A DNA stretch of 64,000 nucleotides, from the NCBI GenBank assembly GCA_965207415.1, contig CBDBMD010000003.1, positions 1,062,028 through 1,126,027 of the forward strand. Reading direction: 5' to 3'. Positions 9,503-20,785 of this stretch are shown piece after piece. A program made the translations under genes and the position numbers. This DNA comes from Dehalococcoidia bacterium. GTDB lineage: Bacteria > Chloroflexota > Dehalococcoidia > UBA2979. How positions within the stretch are numbered: position 1 is the first letter of the stretch; every line of letters starts with the position of its first letter. Under the pieces are notes generated by a model. It did no database searches and was not told where the DNA came from. It saw only the letters and a list, made by a program, of their open reading frames with translations.

Positions 9503-10207
9503 CTATTCGACGCGCTGACGATGCTCGAGGGCGCGCTCGAGCGTGACGTTGTCCGCGTACTCGAGGTCCGCCCCGGCGGGCAGACCGCGCGCGAGACGCG
9601 TGACACGCACGCCAAGCGGCTCGATCAGCCGCGCGAGGTACATGGCCGTCGCCTCGCCCTCCAGGTTGGGGTTCGTGGCGACGATCACCTCGGCGACGGG
9701 GACGGCCGCGGAGGCTGCCGGCTCCTCCCCGTCCGCCGGCCGTTCTGCGCCGTCGAGCCGGCGCAGCAGCTCGCGGATCCGCAGGTCCTCGGGGCCGACG
9801 CCGTCGGCCGGGGAGATCACGCCGTGCAGCACGTGGTAGAGCCCGTGGTAGCCCTGCGTACGCTCGATCGCGACGAGGTCCAGCGGCTCCTCGACCACGC
9901 AGATGACGCTGCGGTCGCGCTGCCCGTCGAGGCAGATCGGGCAGGGGTCGCCGTCGCTGATCTGCTGGCAGCGCGAGCAGAAGACCGTGCGCTCCTTGAC
10001 CTCGATCAGCGCCTCCGCGAGGTCGCGCGCCTCGCCCGCCGGCGAGCGCAGCACGTGGTAGGCGAGGCGCTGCGCGGACTTCGGTCCGACGCCCGGCAGC
10101 CGCCGGAAGGCCTCGACGAGGCGTGAGATCGAGGAGCCCGTGCCGCTCTCGCGCAGCGTCACGATCGCTGCTCCGGGAGGGAGTGCGCCGTCGCGCGCGC
10201 TGCGCAT
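9503..10207 (-). CDS. recR: Recombination protein RecR
   Basis: HhH motif LPGVGPKSAQRLAYHVL, C4 zinc finger CSRCQQISDGDPCPIC, and Toprim. A GTG at about 10162 with a GGAG 8 nt upstream is a plausible alternative start. Confidence 0.85.
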   Translation of the reverse strand: MRSARDGALPPGAAIVTLRESGTGSSISRLVEAFRRLPGVGPKSAQRLAYHVLRSPAGEARDLAEALIEVKERTVFCSRCQQISDGDPCPICLDGQRDRSVICVVEEPLDLVAIERTQGYHGLYHVLHGVISPADGVGPEDLRIRELLRRLDGAERPADGEEPAASAAVPVAEVIVATNPNLEGEATAMYLARLIEPLGVRVTRLARGLPAGADLEYADNVTLERALEHRQRVE

Positions 10208-10232
10208 CTACGGGTGGATCGCACGCCGGCCG

Positions 10233-12038
10233 TCAGTCCTCGATCGGAACCGCACCGAGCTTGCGCGCCTCCTCGAAGAGGTGGCCGCCGCTCTCGCGGA
10301 CGCTGCGCTCGGCGGGCGGCCCGCCGGGGGGCGGTGCGCCGCCCGCTGGGCCGGCGGGCGCCGCCGAGGCGGGCGAAGCAGCGGCGCGCGGCGGCGCGGC
10401 GCCCTGCAGCGCCTCCCAGACCACCGGCACGACCTTCACCTCGCGGCCCGCGACGCCGCCGACGGCTGTGCTCATCGCCTCCAGCACCGCCGGATCGCCG
10501 AGCGCCTTCTCGACCAGGAGGTTCGACTGGAAGCCGATCTCCACGGTGTCGCCCTCGAAGCTCTTGATGTAGCAGCGCGAGTTGAGCAGCGCACCGGCCG
10601 TCTGGTGCGCGGCGCGCGCACCGTCGCGAATGTCGGCGTGGCGCTCGCGCAGCGCGGCGAGCTCCGGCGAGGCGTCCTCGCCCTCGGGCAGCACGGGCGG
10701 AGGCGGCCCGCGACGGGCAGGCGTCGCGCTGCGCTGGGCGGCCGCAGGCGCCGGCTCGGCGCGCGGCTGCGGTGGGCGCGGCCCGGAAGGTGCGGCCGGC
10801 TGCTGCCCGCCGCGCGGCTGGCGAGGCGCGCGCTCCCGGCGGGGCGCGGCCTCCCGGCGCGGGGCGGCCTCGCGGCGTCCCTGCGCGGCCGGCTGCGGCG
10901 CTGCCTGCGCGGGCTGCGGCGGCGCCTCGGGCGTCGCGAGGGCGTCCCCTTCCGCCGGAATCCCGACGGCGAGCGAGGCGAAGGCGATCTCCGCCGGCAG
11001 CGCGTCGTAGGCGTCGCCCGCGAAGTCGATCTCGCCGAGGGCGCGCAGCGCGGCGACGATGTCCGCCGCCTGCGTCTCCTCGGCGATCGGCCGCATTTCC
11101 GCGAGCTGGGCGTCGGACAGCCCGAGCTCCTCGTGCGCGCCCGCGCGCAGCAAGAGCAGCGTGCGCAGCGTCTGCACCACCTCGCGGACGAACGCGCGCA
11201 CCTCGATGCCGTCGTCACGCACGGAGGAGAGCAGCGCGAGGCCGGCGGGCAGGTCGCGGCTCACCGCCGCGCTCGCGAGCGCCGTCGCGCGGTCGTCGAC
11301 GACGAGCCCGAGGCCCTGCTGCACCGCCTCGAGGTCGAGTTCGCTGCCGTGGTAGGCGGCGAGCTGGTCGAGCAGGTTCACGGCGTCGCGGAAGGAGCCG
11401 CCGGCCTGGCGGGCGATCAGCTCCGGGCCGCCCTCGGCGACGCTGATGCCCTCGCCCTCGGCGATCACGCCGATGCGCTCGACGAGCGCGGGCAGCGAGG
11501 CGCGGCGGAAGTCGAAGCGCTGGCAGCGCGAGCTGATCGTCGGCGGGATGCGGTGCGGCTCGGTGGTGGCGAGCACGAAGATGACGTGGGCCGGCGGCTC
11601 CTCGAGGGTCTTGAGCAGCGCGTTGAAGGCCGCATCCGTCAGCATGTGGACCTCGTCCACCAGGTAGACCTTGTATGTGCCCGCGTTGGGCGCGTAGCCG
11701 ACGCTCTCGCGCAGCGCGCGCACCTCGTCGATGCCTCGGTTGGAGGCGGCGTCGAGCTCGATCAGGTCGAGCGCCCGGCCTTCGTTGAAGGCGAGGCAGG
11801 AGGTGCAGGCGTTATCCGGCTCGCCCTCGCGGGGGGCCTCGCAGTTCACGGCCTTGGCGAGGATGCGCCCGGTGCTGGTCTTGCCGGTGCCACGAGGGCC
11901 GGTGAAGAGGTAGGCATGGGCGGGCGAGTCCGCGGCGACCGCGTTGCGCAGCGTCGTGGTGATCGGGCCCTGTCCGGCAACCTCGGCGAAGCCGCCGGGG
12001 CGCCACTTGCGGTAGAGGACTTCCTGGCTCACCGACAC
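10233..12038 (-). CDS. dnaX: DNA polymerase III subunit gamma/tau
   Basis: The N-terminus YRKWRPGGFAEVAGQ...GPRGTGKTS...LVDEVHML is the clamp-loader AAA+ module. A Pro/Ala/Arg-rich linker follows. GTG start with a GGAG 10 nt upstream. Confidence 0.9.
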   Translation of the reverse strand: MSVSQEVLYRKWRPGGFAEVAGQGPITTTLRNAVAADSPAHAYLFTGPRGTGKTSTGRILAKAVNCEAPREGEPDNACTSCLAFNEGRALDLIELDAASNRGIDEVRALRESVGYAPNAGTYKVYLVDEVHMLTDAAFNALLKTLEEPPAHVIFVLATTEPHRIPPTISSRCQRFDFRRASLPALVERIGVIAEGEGISVAEGGPELIARQAGGSFRDAVNLLDQLAAYHGSELDLEAVQQGLGLVVDDRATALASAAVSRDLPAGLALLSSVRDDGIEVRAFVREVVQTLRTLLLLRAGAHEELGLSDAQLAEMRPIAEETQAADIVAALRALGEIDFAGDAYDALPAEIAFASLAVGIPAEGDALATPEAPPQPAQAAPQPAAQGRREAAPRREAAPRRERAPRQPRGGQQPAAPSGPRPPQPRAEPAPAAAQRSATPARRGPPPPVLPEGEDASPELAALRERHADIRDGARAAHQTAGALLNSRCYIKSFEGDTVEIGFQSNLLVEKALGDPAVLEAMSTAVGGVAGREVKVVPVVWEALQGAAPPRAAASPASAAPAGPAGGAPPPGGPPAERSVRESGGHLFEEARKLGAVPIED

Positions 12039-12167
12039 CCCATGCTCCGGCCGGGGGATTCGGCCGTCGCCGCCCGGCCAGTGTAGCAGCGCGGCGCGAC
12101 GGAGGCCGTCCGGCCGCCGTCAATCGCGCTCGCGGCGCGCAACCGTAGCCGCCTGTACCCTCGATTC

Positions 12168-12665
12168 ATGGCCTACCAGATCTCGATCGAGGTGGACGGC
12201 GCGGCGCGCGACCTGGACGTGCGCCCCGTGCGCGCGATGATCCGCCGTGCCCTCGTGAGCGAGGGCCTCGAGGCCGCCGCCGTCGCGCTGCTCTTCGCCG
12301 GCGACGAGCTGCTGCTGCGGCTCAACCGCGAGCACCGCGGCATCGAGGACTTCACGGACGTGCTCGCCTTCCCCGCCGAGGAGGGCGAGACGGCGCCGAA
12401 CGACGATCCCCGCAGCGATGACGAACCCCCGCCGTTCCTCGGCGACATCGCCGTCTCGACGCCCGCGGTGCGCCGCCAGGCGGGGGACGCAGACCTCGCC
12501 TTCGAGACGGAGCTCCACCACGTCGTACTGCACGGCCTGCTGCACCTACTCGGCTACGACCACGACGCCGCCGAGGACGCGGTGGCGATGCGCGAGCGCG
12601 AGGAGGCCGTGCTCGGCGCCGAGATCCACGCCGCCGGCGGCGGTCACGGCCAGCACGGGGACTGA
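12168..12665 (+). CDS. ybeY: rRNA maturation endoribonuclease YbeY
   Basis: HGLLHLLGYDH zinc-binding motif. Divergent from dnaX across a 129-bp intergenic region. Confidence 0.85.
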   Translation: MAYQISIEVDGAARDLDVRPVRAMIRRALVSEGLEAAAVALLFAGDELLLRLNREHRGIEDFTDVLAFPAEEGETAPNDDPRSDDEPPPFLGDIAVSTPAVRRQAGDADLAFETELHHVVLHGLLHLLGYDHDAAEDAVAMREREEAVLGAEIHAAGGGHGQHGD

Positions 12666-12699
12666 CGGGGCGGCCCCTCGAGGGCTCCGAGGCGCCTCG

Positions 12700-13372
12700 A
12701 AGCCTGTTGCGCACAAGGGACTCGGACGAGCCTGCGCTGCGCGCGGCTCGGACCCACCCACCCGCCCTCGGAGTTAGTTTCTGTGGGGGCGTAGCCCCCA
12801 CACCCCCGCTGCGGCTTCGCCTCGCAGTTCCACCTCGGCCCCCTCTCCTGGGGGAGAGGGAGGGGGTGAGGGGGCTCGCCGGACCCTCGAGGTTGCGCGG
12901 GGGTCACGAACGCACTCGGGCTGCCGCGCCGCCCTTGCGCCATCGAGTTCGAGGGATTCCGCAAGAGACGCACATCCGCCTTCTGGACAGCCCGTTGCAC
13001 TCCCCGTCGGGGCGCAGCCCCCCACACAAGACAGGCTCTCGACCTCGGACAGCCGTTGCGCTGCCGACCCGCGGGGGCGTGGGGGCGCAGCCCCCACAGA
13101 AACGAAACTCCGAGGGCGGGTGGGTGGGCCGGAGCCGCGCGCAGCGCAGGCTCGTCCCGGATGGGGGCGTGGGGGGCTGCGCCCCCCGCACACGACAGGC
13201 TCTCGACCTCGGTCCTGCCGTTGCACTGCCGGCCCGGCGGGGGCGTGGGGGCGCAGCCCCCACAGAAGCAAAACTCCGAGGGCGGGTGGGTGGGCCAGAG
13301 CCGCGCGCAGCGCAGGCTCGTCCGGGATGGGGGTGTGGGGGGCGCAGCCCCTCACAGACGACGCGCGCCGTG
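12700..13372. repeat. Array of GC-rich palindromic repeat units (about 166-bp units, each with two hairpins about 85 bp apart; direct, partial and inverted copies)
   Basis: Two near-identical tandem units begin at about 13071 and about 13237 (gcgggggcgtgggggcgcagcccccacagaa...ctccgagggcgggtgggtgggcc...gatgggggcgtggggggctgcgccccccgcacacgacaggctctcgacctcgg...). There is a partial unit at about 12966..13070. An inverted copy of the ctccgagggcgggtgggtgggcc segment sits at about 12715..12785. Hairpins are of the form GGGGGCG(C/T)AGCCCCC. Confidence 0.7.
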
Positions 13373-14848
13373 CTACGGAGTGACGATGACCAGCGTCTCG
13401 GCGGCGCGCTGGGCGGCGCCGAGCAGCGGGGTGGGGATCAGGCCGAAGAACAGCACGGCGATGGCGGCGAGGCCGAGCACGGCCTGCACCGGCGTGCTCG
13501 CATGGAAGGGCGCCTCGTCCTCGGGCTCGTCCAGCACCATCGTGCGCACCCAGCGCAGGTAGTAGAAGGCCGACACGGCCGAGTTGAGCACCGCGATGAC
13601 GACGAGCCAGACCAGCCAGTCATGACCCGATTGGACCGCGCTGTTGAAGACGTAGAGCTTCGCGAGGAAGCCCGCGGCCGGTGGGATGCCCGTCAGCGAG
13701 AGCAGACAGAGCACCAGCACGCCGGCAACCACCGGCGATCGCTTCATCAGGCCGGCGTAGCCGCTCACATCCTCGACGCCGATCCGCTCCGAGACGACGA
13801 TCACGCAGAGGAACGCGCCCACGTTCGTCGCCGCGTAGGCGCCGAGGAAGAAGAGCACCGCCGAGGGCCCGGCGACACTGCCGGCAGCCACCGCGGCAAG
13901 CCCGACCGCGATGTTGCCCGCCTGCGCGATCGAGGAGTAGGCGAGCAGTCGCTTCACGTTGGTCTGCAGGATCGCGGCGGCGTTCCCGAAGCACATCGAG
14001 GCCGCCGCGAGCACCGCGATCAGCGCCGCCCAGTGCTCGGCGATGAAGGTATCGCCGCCTCCGAGGCCGCCGTAGAAGATGCGCAGCGCCACCGCGAAGC
14101 CCGCCGCCTTCGAGGCGACCGAGAGGAAGGTGGTGACGGTCGTCGGGGAGCCCTCGTAGACGTCGGGCACCCAGGCCTGGAAGGGCGCGATCGACATCTT
14201 GAAGCCGAGGCCCGCCGCGACCAGCACGAGGCCGAGCACGAGCGCCAGCTGCGTCCCGTCCGACCCCGTCTGCACGAAGGCTTCGATGCCCTCGAGCGAG
14301 GTGGTGCCGGAGAGGCCGAAGAGGAAGGCGAAGCCGTAGAGCAGCACCGCGGCGGCGACGGCCCCGCTCAGCAGGTACTTGATGCCTGCCTCGGAGGATC
14401 GGTCGTCGCGGGCGATGCCGGCCAGCACGAACTGCGCGATCGAGGTGGTCTCGAGGGCCACGAAGATCGCGATCAGGTCGTTGGACTGCGCGAGCAGGAC
14501 CATCGCGCCGGTCGCCGTCAGCAGCAGCGCGAAGAACTCGGGGCGGTGCTGGACGCGCGCGAGGCCCTCGGACGTGGCGATCACGACGGCGAGGGCGACA
14601 CCGATCAGCAGGAAGGCGAAGAACAGCGCGAAGCGGTCGACGACGACGGCGCCCGCGAGCGCGGGCCCCTCGATGCCGGAGACGACCTGCACGATCGCCC
14701 AGACGCCTGCCGCGACCAGCACGAGGATGGTGATCGCGACGACGGGCGCGCGGCGCGGCGCGATCAGGTCGGCGGTCATCACGATGCCCGCGCCGAGCAG
14801 CAGCGCGAACGCCGGGCCAATGTGGTGGATCTGTTCGTACCAGTTCAT
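13373..14848 (-). CDS. nuoN: NADH-quinone oxidoreductase subunit N
   Basis: 14-TM antiporter-like subunit with the LLAYSSIAQ motif. Confidence 0.9.
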   Translation of the reverse strand: MNWYEQIHHIGPAFALLLGAGIVMTADLIAPRRAPVVAITILVLVAAGVWAIVQVVSGIEGPALAGAVVVDRFALFFAFLLIGVALAVVIATSEGLARVQHRPEFFALLLTATGAMVLLAQSNDLIAIFVALETTSIAQFVLAGIARDDRSSEAGIKYLLSGAVAAAVLLYGFAFLFGLSGTTSLEGIEAFVQTGSDGTQLALVLGLVLVAAGLGFKMSIAPFQAWVPDVYEGSPTTVTTFLSVASKAAGFAVALRIFYGGLGGGDTFIAEHWAALIAVLAAASMCFGNAAAILQTNVKRLLAYSSIAQAGNIAVGLAAVAAGSVAGPSAVLFFLGAYAATNVGAFLCVIVVSERIGVEDVSGYAGLMKRSPVVAGVLVLCLLSLTGIPPAAGFLAKLYVFNSAVQSGHDWLVWLVVIAVLNSAVSAFYYLRWVRTMVLDEPEDEAPFHASTPVQAVLGLAAIAVLFFGLIPTPLLGAAQRAAETLVIVTP

Positions 14849-16316
14849 GCGGCAGCCTGCACGATCAGCGCGATCGGCTCGATGCCGAGCTCAACCACGT
14901 CGGTAAGCAGTCGCGGGTAGACGCCGACGCCGATGATGAAGACCAGCATCGCGGCCATCGCGGTGAGCTCGTACCACTCGGTCGCGTCGCCGAGGCCGGA
15001 CCAGCGTTCGTCGGCGGGGCCGGTGAAGACGCGTTGTACGGCCCAGAGGATGTAGCCGGCCGCGAGCACGACGCCGAAGACGGAGATGATCGTCGCCGCC
15101 GGATGCACTTGCAGCGTTCCGGCGAAGACGGCGAACTCGGCGACGAAGCCGCTCAGCGCGGGCAGGCCGAGCGCGGCGAAGCCGGCGATGATCGCAACGA
15201 GGCCGAGCAGCGGCATCTGGTGCAGCAGCCCGCTCATGTCAGAGATTTGCCGCGTGTGCGTGCGGTCGTACATCACGCCGACGACGATGAAGAGCAGGCC
15301 GGTGATGACGCCGTGCGAGAACATCTGCAGCGCCGCGCCGGAGAGCCCGGCCGCCCCCATCGCGGAGACGCCGAGCAGCACGAAGCCCATATGCGAGACC
15401 GAGGAGTAGGCGACGAGCCGTTTCAGATCACGCTGCTGCAGCGTCAGGATCGCCCCGTAGATCACGGAGAAGGCAGCGATCGCCGCGAGGATTACGCGGA
15501 AGTCCTGCGCCTCGCCGGGCAGGATCGGCAGCACGATGCGCAGGATGCCGTAGCCGCCCATCTTCAGCAGCACGCCCGCCAGCATCACCGAGACCGCCGT
15601 CGGCGCGTCGGTGTGGGCGTCGGGCAGCCAGGTGTGCACCGGGAAGACCGGCAGCTTGATGAGGAAGGCGACGATGATCAGCCAGAACACGATGCTCAGC
15701 GGGACCAGCGCCTCGGTCGGCGGGTTGGCGGTGAGCACGGCGATGTCGAATGTCCCGGCCTGGAGACCAAGCACGAGGAAGCCGGCGAGCATCAGCGCGG
15801 AGCCGGCCATCGTGAACAGCAGGAACTTCATCGCGCTGTAGCGCGGCCGCCCGCTGCCCCAGATGCTGATCAGCATGTACATCGGGAGCAGCTCCAGCTC
15901 CCAGAAGAAGAAGAACTGGATCAGGTCGAGCGAGGTGAAGACGCCCGCGACGGCGGTCTCCAGCACCAGCAGCCAGGCGAAGTACTCCTTGACTCGCTTG
16001 TCGACGCGCCAGGAGACCAGCACCGAGGCCAGCCCGAGCAGCCCCGTGAGCAGCACCAGCGGCGCCGAGAGGCCGTCCACGCCAAGCAAGTATTGCACCG
16101 CGAATCCGGTGTCGCCCCCGCGGATCCACTCGAATTGGTCGACCATCTGGTAGCCCTCGGCGGCGTGGTCGAGGCGGGCGAAGATCACGATGCCGACGAT
16201 GAAGGTGATCGTGCTGAAGAAGAGCGCGATCCAGCGCGCGTCCGCCCGGCGGTGGCGCGGCAGCGTCGCGATCAGCAGTGCCCCGACGGCCGGCAGGAAG
16301 ACGAAGACCGACAGCA

Positions 16317-16317
<1 letters not shown>
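14845..16317 (-). CDS. nuoM: NADH-quinone oxidoreductase subunit M
   Basis: Antiporter-like subunit with WLPDAHTDAPTAVSVMLAGVLLK. Its start overlaps the nuoN start region by 4 nt. Confidence 0.9.
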
Positions 16318-18272
<1,955 letters not shown>

Positions 18273-18318
18273 CAGGCCTCGCCAGCGTCCCTTCTGGTTC
18301 CGCGTGTACGCATCGCCG

Positions 18319-18507
18319 CTAGATCTTGTTCAGCACTTCGCGGGCGACGTGAGTCTTGCCGTCCGGCGCCCAGATCTCGCGCGGCGCGGACATCGGGCCG
18401 ACCTCGAGCGGTGGCACGATGCGTACGGAGACGGCCTCCGTGTTGAACAGCTCCCACCACATCGCGGCGGCGTAGCCGTCGGGCGCGTCCATGAACTTCA
18501 CCCACAT
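18319..18507 (-). CDS. Small hypothetical protein (62 aa) inserted between nuoK and nuoL
   Basis: Same strand as the nuo genes, with 9 nt and 45 nt spacers to its neighbours. The third codon position is strongly G/C, consistent with coding. No recognisable family. Confidence 0.4.
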   Translation of the reverse strand: MWVKFMDAPDGYAAAMWWELFNTEAVSVRIVPPLEVGPMSAPREIWAPDGKTHVAREVLNKI

Positions 18508-18516
18508 ACGCGCCCC

Positions 18517-18843
18517 CTACCAGCGCATCAGGTTGATGCGATCGAGGTCGACAGTCTCGCGCCGCCGGTAGATCAGCACCGCCATCGCCAGCGCGACGGC
18601 CGCCTCGGCTGCCGCGACCGTGAGCACGAAGACGACGAAGACGTGACCGGCGAGCGGCGCCTCGGCGGAGTCGAAGGCGCCGCCGAAGCGCGAGAAGGCG
18701 AGGAAGGTGAGGTTGACGCCGTTGAGCATCAGCTCGACGCCCATGAGGACCGCGATCGCGTTGCGCTTGGAGAGCGCGATCGCGATGCCCGCGCCGAAGA
18801 TCATCGCGCCGACGGTCAGGTAGTGGGCCAGCTCGACGCTCAT
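18517..18843 (-). CDS. nuoK: NADH-quinone oxidoreductase subunit K
   Basis: 108-aa three-TM protein starting MSVELAHYLTVGAMIFGAGI. The ORF track fuses it to upstream frames, so the internal ATG at 18843 was chosen. Confidence 0.85.
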   Translation of the reverse strand: MSVELAHYLTVGAMIFGAGIAIALSKRNAIAVLMGVELMLNGVNLTFLAFSRFGGAFDSAEAPLAGHVFVVFVLTVAAAEAAVALAMAVLIYRRRETVDLDRINLMRW

Positions 18844-19355
18844 GCCGGCTCGTCCTCTCGCACCAGCACGATCGCGCCGATCAGCGCGGCGAGCAGCAGC
18901 ACCGAGGCGACCTCGAAGGCCAGCACGTAGCGGCCCAGCAGCGCGTCGCCGATCGCGTCGGCGGTGGTCTCGAAGGACTGGCCGGCGAGCGCGGCAGCGC
19001 CGGCCGCGCCCCACTCGGCATCGATCGCCACGATCGCGACGATCACGGCGAAGGCGCCGCCGAGCAGCACGCCGGGCACGACGTAGAGCGAGTTGCCGTT
19101 GTCGCGCCCCGCGAGCGGGGTGAGCATCACGGCGAAGACCATCAGCACGGGAATCGCGCCCGCGTAGATCAGCACCTGCGCGGCGGCGATGAAGTCGGCG
19201 GAGAGCGTCACGAACAGCCCGGCGGTGGCGACGAAGGAGAGCACGAGCAGCACCACGGCGTGGATCAGGTTCCTCGCGAGGAAGACGCCGACGGCGGAGC
19301 CGACCGCGATCGCGGAGAGCAGCCAGAAGGCGACGATGATGCCGGCGGAGTCCAT
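18840..19355 (-). CDS. nuoJ: NADH-quinone oxidoreductase subunit J
   Basis: Start MDSAGIIVAFWLLSAIAVGS. 172 aa with five TM segments. Overlaps the nuoK start by 4 nt. Confidence 0.8.
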   Translation of the reverse strand: MDSAGIIVAFWLLSAIAVGSAVGVFLARNLIHAVVLLVLSFVATAGLFVTLSADFIAAAQVLIYAGAIPVLMVFAVMLTPLAGRDNGNSLYVVPGVLLGGAFAVIVAIVAIDAEWGAAGAAALAGQSFETTADAIGDALLGRYVLAFEVASVLLLAALIGAIVLVREDEPA

Positions 19356-20785
19356 CAGGCCTGCGTCCCCAGTTCCGATGCGCCGAGCCGTCGCGCGGCC
19401 TGCAACCCGCCGACGACCTGGGTGAGGATCGGCTGCCGCACCGCCTCGCGCTCGGGGCGGTAGCCCATGCGGCGCGCCCACTCACGCACGAGGATGATCG
19501 CGACCGCCCAGTTGACGATCGCGAAGAGGCCGAGGCTGACGATGCCCTTGACCTCCCAGCGCGCGAAGAGCGACACCTCGACGGCGACGACGAGCAGGTT
19601 GATCAGCGAGAGCGGGATCAGGAACTGCCAGGCGAACTTCATCAGTTGGTCCAGGCGGAAGCGCGGCAGGGTGCCTCGCAGCCAGACGAGCAGGAAGTAC
19701 GCCGCCGAGATCTTCGCGCCGAGGATCAGGTAGCCCGGTATCCACTCCTCGAGGCCGAACAGCGACCAGCCGCCGAGGAACAGCGTCGCCGTCAGCGCCG
19801 CGACGAAGAGCGCGTTGCCCAGCTCGACGGCGTAGAACAGCCCGAACTTCATCCCGGAGTACTCGGTGTGGAAGCCCGCGACGATCTCCGACTCGGCCTC
19901 GGCGATGTCGTTGGGCGTGCGGTTCAGCTCGGCCGTCGAGGAGAAGAAGTAGGTGAACATCGCCAGCGGGAGCAGCGCGGCGAGCCAGACGTTGTGGGTC
20001 GATTGCCACTCGACGATGGTCGAGAGCTGCATCGAACCGCTGAGCAGGACGACGGAGAGCAGCGCGATCGAGAGCGGGATCTCGTAGGAGATCATCATCG
20101 CGATCGTGCGCATCGCGCCGAGCAGCGCGTAGTGGTTATTCGACGACCAGCCGGCCATGAAGATCGCCAGCGTGGTGAGCGAGCTGACGGCGATCAGGAA
20201 GAGGATGCCGACGTGCACGTCGAGGTACGACATCTGCGGGCCCCACGGGATCGGACCCCAGGCGACGATCATCGGGATGAAGATCAGCGCGGGCGGCAGG
20301 AAGAACAGCACCTTGTCTGCGCCGCGCGGCATCAGCACTTCCTTCTGGATCAGCTTGACCGCGTCGGCGACCGGCTGGAGCAGGCCGAACGGCCCGACGC
20401 GGTTCGGCCCTCGGCGAATCTGCATCCGCCCGATCAGCCGCCGCTCGATCCAGATCAGGGCCAGCAGCGCGCCCCCGACGACGCTGAGGATGCCGGTCGC
20501 TCCGAGCAGCGCCGTGACGGCGTAGGAGATCCAGTGTTGGCCGAGGAAGTCGAGGATGCCGGGCTGGTCGGCGTTGCGATCGTCGAGCCACTCGCGCAGC
20601 TCCTGCACGCCGATGCCGAGGTCGCGCACGTCGTACCACTGCCCGTCGAGCCGCCCGTCGATCACGACGTAGCCGATCGCGACGTTGACGACAACGAACC
20701 CGATCGCGACGAGGGCGCCGAGCGCCATGAGCGCGCGCGGGACCGTGCGCGCCGGCAGCCGTCGGCCCATCCGCAGCGAACTCAT
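19355..20785 (-). CDS. nuoH: NADH-quinone oxidoreductase subunit H
   Basis: Core NuoH/ND1 sequence RRGPNRVGPFGLLQPVADAVKL... preceded by an N-terminal extension. Its stop overlaps the nuoJ start, leaving no room for nuoI. Confidence 0.9.
   Translation of the reverse strand: MSSLRMGRRLPARTVPRALMALGALVAIGFVVVNVAIGYVVIDGRLDGQWYDVRDLGIGVQELREWLDDRNADQPGILDFLGQHWISYAVTALLGATGILSVVGGALLALIWIERRLIGRMQIRRGPNRVGPFGLLQPVADAVKLIQKEVLMPRGADKVLFFLPPALIFIPMIVAWGPIPWGPQMSYLDVHVGILFLIAVSSLTTLAIFMAGWSSNNHYALLGAMRTIAMMISYEIPLSIALLSVVLLSGSMQLSTIVEWQSTHNVWLAALLPLAMFTYFFSSTAELNRTPNDIAEAESEIVAGFHTEYSGMKFGLFYAVELGNALFVAALTATLFLGGWSLFGLEEWIPGYLILGAKISAAYFLLVWLRGTLPRFRLDQLMKFAWQFLIPLSLINLLVVAVEVSLFARWEVKGIVSLGLFAIVNWAVAIILVREWARRMGYRPEREAVRQPILTQVVGGLQAARRLGASELGTQA

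Noticed and set aside
10140-12086. 648-aa plus-strand ORF and multiple Arg-rich ORFs overlapping dnaX
   Set aside because: Antisense to a clearly conserved dnaX. Translations are Arg/Ala/Gly low-complexity.
12039-12167. Expected SRP (4.5S/ffs) RNA in the dnaX-upstream intergenic region, as in many bacteria
   Set aside because: Neither strand contains the conserved domain IV motif (GGAAG...AGCAGC / GNAR tetraloop helix). Only a weak resemblance was found (GTGTAGCAGCG). I could not support an RNA gene call without a covariance-model search.
12700-13372. Possible CRISPR array suggested by regularly spaced GC palindromes
   Set aside because: The sequence between the palindromes is itself conserved between units, so there are no unique spacers. 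The period is about 85/166 bp, not 60 to 75 bp. No cas genes are nearby. Interpreted as a REP/MITE-like repeat array.
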